Below are positions 62,599 through 64,000 of a stretch of 64,000 bases of DNA, piece by piece (position 1 is the first letter of the stretch; every line of letters starts with the position of its first letter). A program made the position numbers and the translations under genes. The stretch spans positions 1-64,000 of the forward strand of contig MCFE01000401.1 of the NCBI GenBank assembly GCA_002104905.1. The letters run 5' to 3'. The stretch comes from Basidiobolus meristosporus CBS 931.73 (taxonomy: Eukaryota > Fungi > Basidiobolomycota). Under the pieces are notes generated by a model that was not told where the DNA came from, did not search any database, and saw only the letters and a program-made list of their open reading frames with translations.

Positions 62599-62643
62599 AG
62601 TTGAGCATACATTTGGATATCTGAAGAGATTCAGCATATTGGC

Positions 62644-62734
62644 TGGGTTAATCAAAACTAAGCAAAATTAGATCTAATTCACTCAGATTGGTATAGAACT
62701 ATGCAAAATTTGTCTGTAGGCAGGATGAAGTATT
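62644..62734 (+). repeat. Older copia-D integrase fragment, target of the next insertion
   Basis: ctgggttaatcaaaactaag..ctaattcactcagat..ctatgcaaaattt..ggatgaagtatt matches the reverse complement of ~60735-60825. Confidence 0.75.
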
Positions 62735-64000
62735 TGTTGTAAACATTTGTATTTCCACCTAAATATTCCCCTAACTTAGTCACTTAGATCATTACCTTCA
62801 TATCCTGGAGAATACTGACCAAATTCCTTGTCAGGATTTACTTGGAATATTTTCACCAAAATACCAGGTACCCAGAACATGAAAATTCTCAAAGTTATCC
62901 AAACAACCCCAAGCTTTGCACACATGTTCTTGGGACCTTCCTTAACCCAATCTATGTGTTTGTAGTGCCTAGACCAGGTAAAAGTATAAATACTACTTTT
63001 ACATTCCATAAATCATTAAGTGAAAACCACATAATCTACTTGTTCTCCAAATCACTTCCAATATCTCCAAGACTCTTACAGCAGGTTATGAGCCCCAAGC
63101 TGTCACTCTCTGCAATGTCTACTACTGCTATTACTGGAATTTTTCCCTCCGCTGAAAAGTTGAATGGCTCTAAGTACCAAGTGTGGAAGGTGAAGATGAA
63201 GATGCTGCTACAAGAAAGAGGCCTTTGGGATATTGTCACGGGAGAAGAATGCCCTCCTAAAAACGTGGGAGAGGAAGCCTTAAAGTACTGGAAGAAAGAA
63301 TAAAGTGCCCTTAACTGCATTTGCCTTAATGTCAAGGACAAATTGCTAATTCAATGCTCAAGAGCAAAAACGGCAAAGAATGCCTGGAAAGCATTAGAAG
63401 ACACCTACCAGTCATGTTCAGCTGCCAAGAAAATGTATCTGAGACAAAAATTCTTTACTACAAAGATGCTGCCAGGAGAATAAATGAAAAATCTAATTAA
63501 CAGAATTACCCTGCTGGTAGATGAGATGGAATCTGTGCGCATACAAACTACTGATGAGGATGTGATAGTTACCATCCTGAATAGTCTGACTGACAGGTTT
63601 CAGGGCCTTGTATCAGCCTTAGAGTCCAGAAGTGAAGATTTGAGCTTAAATTACGTATATGGAATGCTCCTGGATGAAGAATTAAGAAAATCAAGCACCA
63701 ATAAGAAGGAAGAAGAAAATGCTTTAATAAGCAATGATAGCCAACAAAGGAGGTACCCAAGACCCTACAAAGGCAACAGCAACCTATTTTGCAACTACTG
63801 CAAAAGGAAAGGACACACATCTGACCAGTATCTCAAAAAGAATGATAATCAGCAAAAGAAGCCTGAATATGGAAATGCTACAACAACTGAAGATAGAGTA
63901 TTAATATCTGCACAAAATATGACCACAAACAAGGATTCTCAGACACCGTATATTGACTCTGGAGCATCTCAATACTTAGCACACCAAAAAGAACTTTTTA
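62735..64000 (+). mobile_element. Ty1/copia family D element, 5' part (runs off the window end)
   Basis: 5' LTR 62735-63083; PBS GGTTATGAGCCCC at 63084; gag ATG at 63115; stops at 63301 and 63481; YIDSGAS protease motif near the end. Confidence 0.92.

Larger units (their letters stand above)
49065..62643 (+). mobile_element. Element H copy 2 (left terminus intact; interrupted by EnSpm copy E and Copia-D; right end lost)
   Basis: TA|GACTTGTTCCATTG at 49063; sequence is continuous across 50141/55935 and across 57915/62599. Confidence 0.75.

Noticed and set aside
1-64000. Host genes, tRNA/rRNA genes, CRISPR array
   Set aside because: None recognised. The many short ORFs in the track are antisense or alternate frames of TE sequence, and there is no repeat-spacer periodicity. 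Short unassigned stretches (2294-2540, 13738-13844) remain unexplained.

Overview
This 64-kb window is eukaryotic, probably fungal (inferred from the transposon families), and almost all of it is nested transposable elements. I found no host gene, RNA gene or CRISPR array. Contents: (1) At least six pieces of a CACTA/EnSpm-type DNA transposon with CCCTATG...CATAGGG termini. One structurally complete but decayed copy lies at 50142-55934 with a GCA target-site duplication (TSD), carrying a tnp2/DUF4218-type transposase and a divergent second gene. (2) Three copies of a second DNA transposon ('H') with a DDE_Tnp_4 (Harbinger/ISL2EU-like) transposase, a divergent unknown ORF, a TA target site and the terminus GACTTGTTCC. 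Two ~732-bp fold-back MITEs share that terminus. (3) Two Ty1/copia families: three full-length family-1 copies (one with an intact 1305-aa ORF) and family D (one full-length, one running off the window end, plus remnants). (4) Ty3/gypsy elements: a near-intact family-A copy with two solo LTRs, related family-C solo LTRs, and a family-B copy lacking RT, RNase H and the integrase core. Paralog comparisons repeatedly show TG in one copy and CA in another, which points to methyl-CpG decay. Long terminal repeat (LTR), terminal inverted repeat (TIR) and TSD boundaries were read base by base. Boundaries of the decayed DNA-transposon remnants are approximate, and all family and domain assignments are by motif recognition without a database search.
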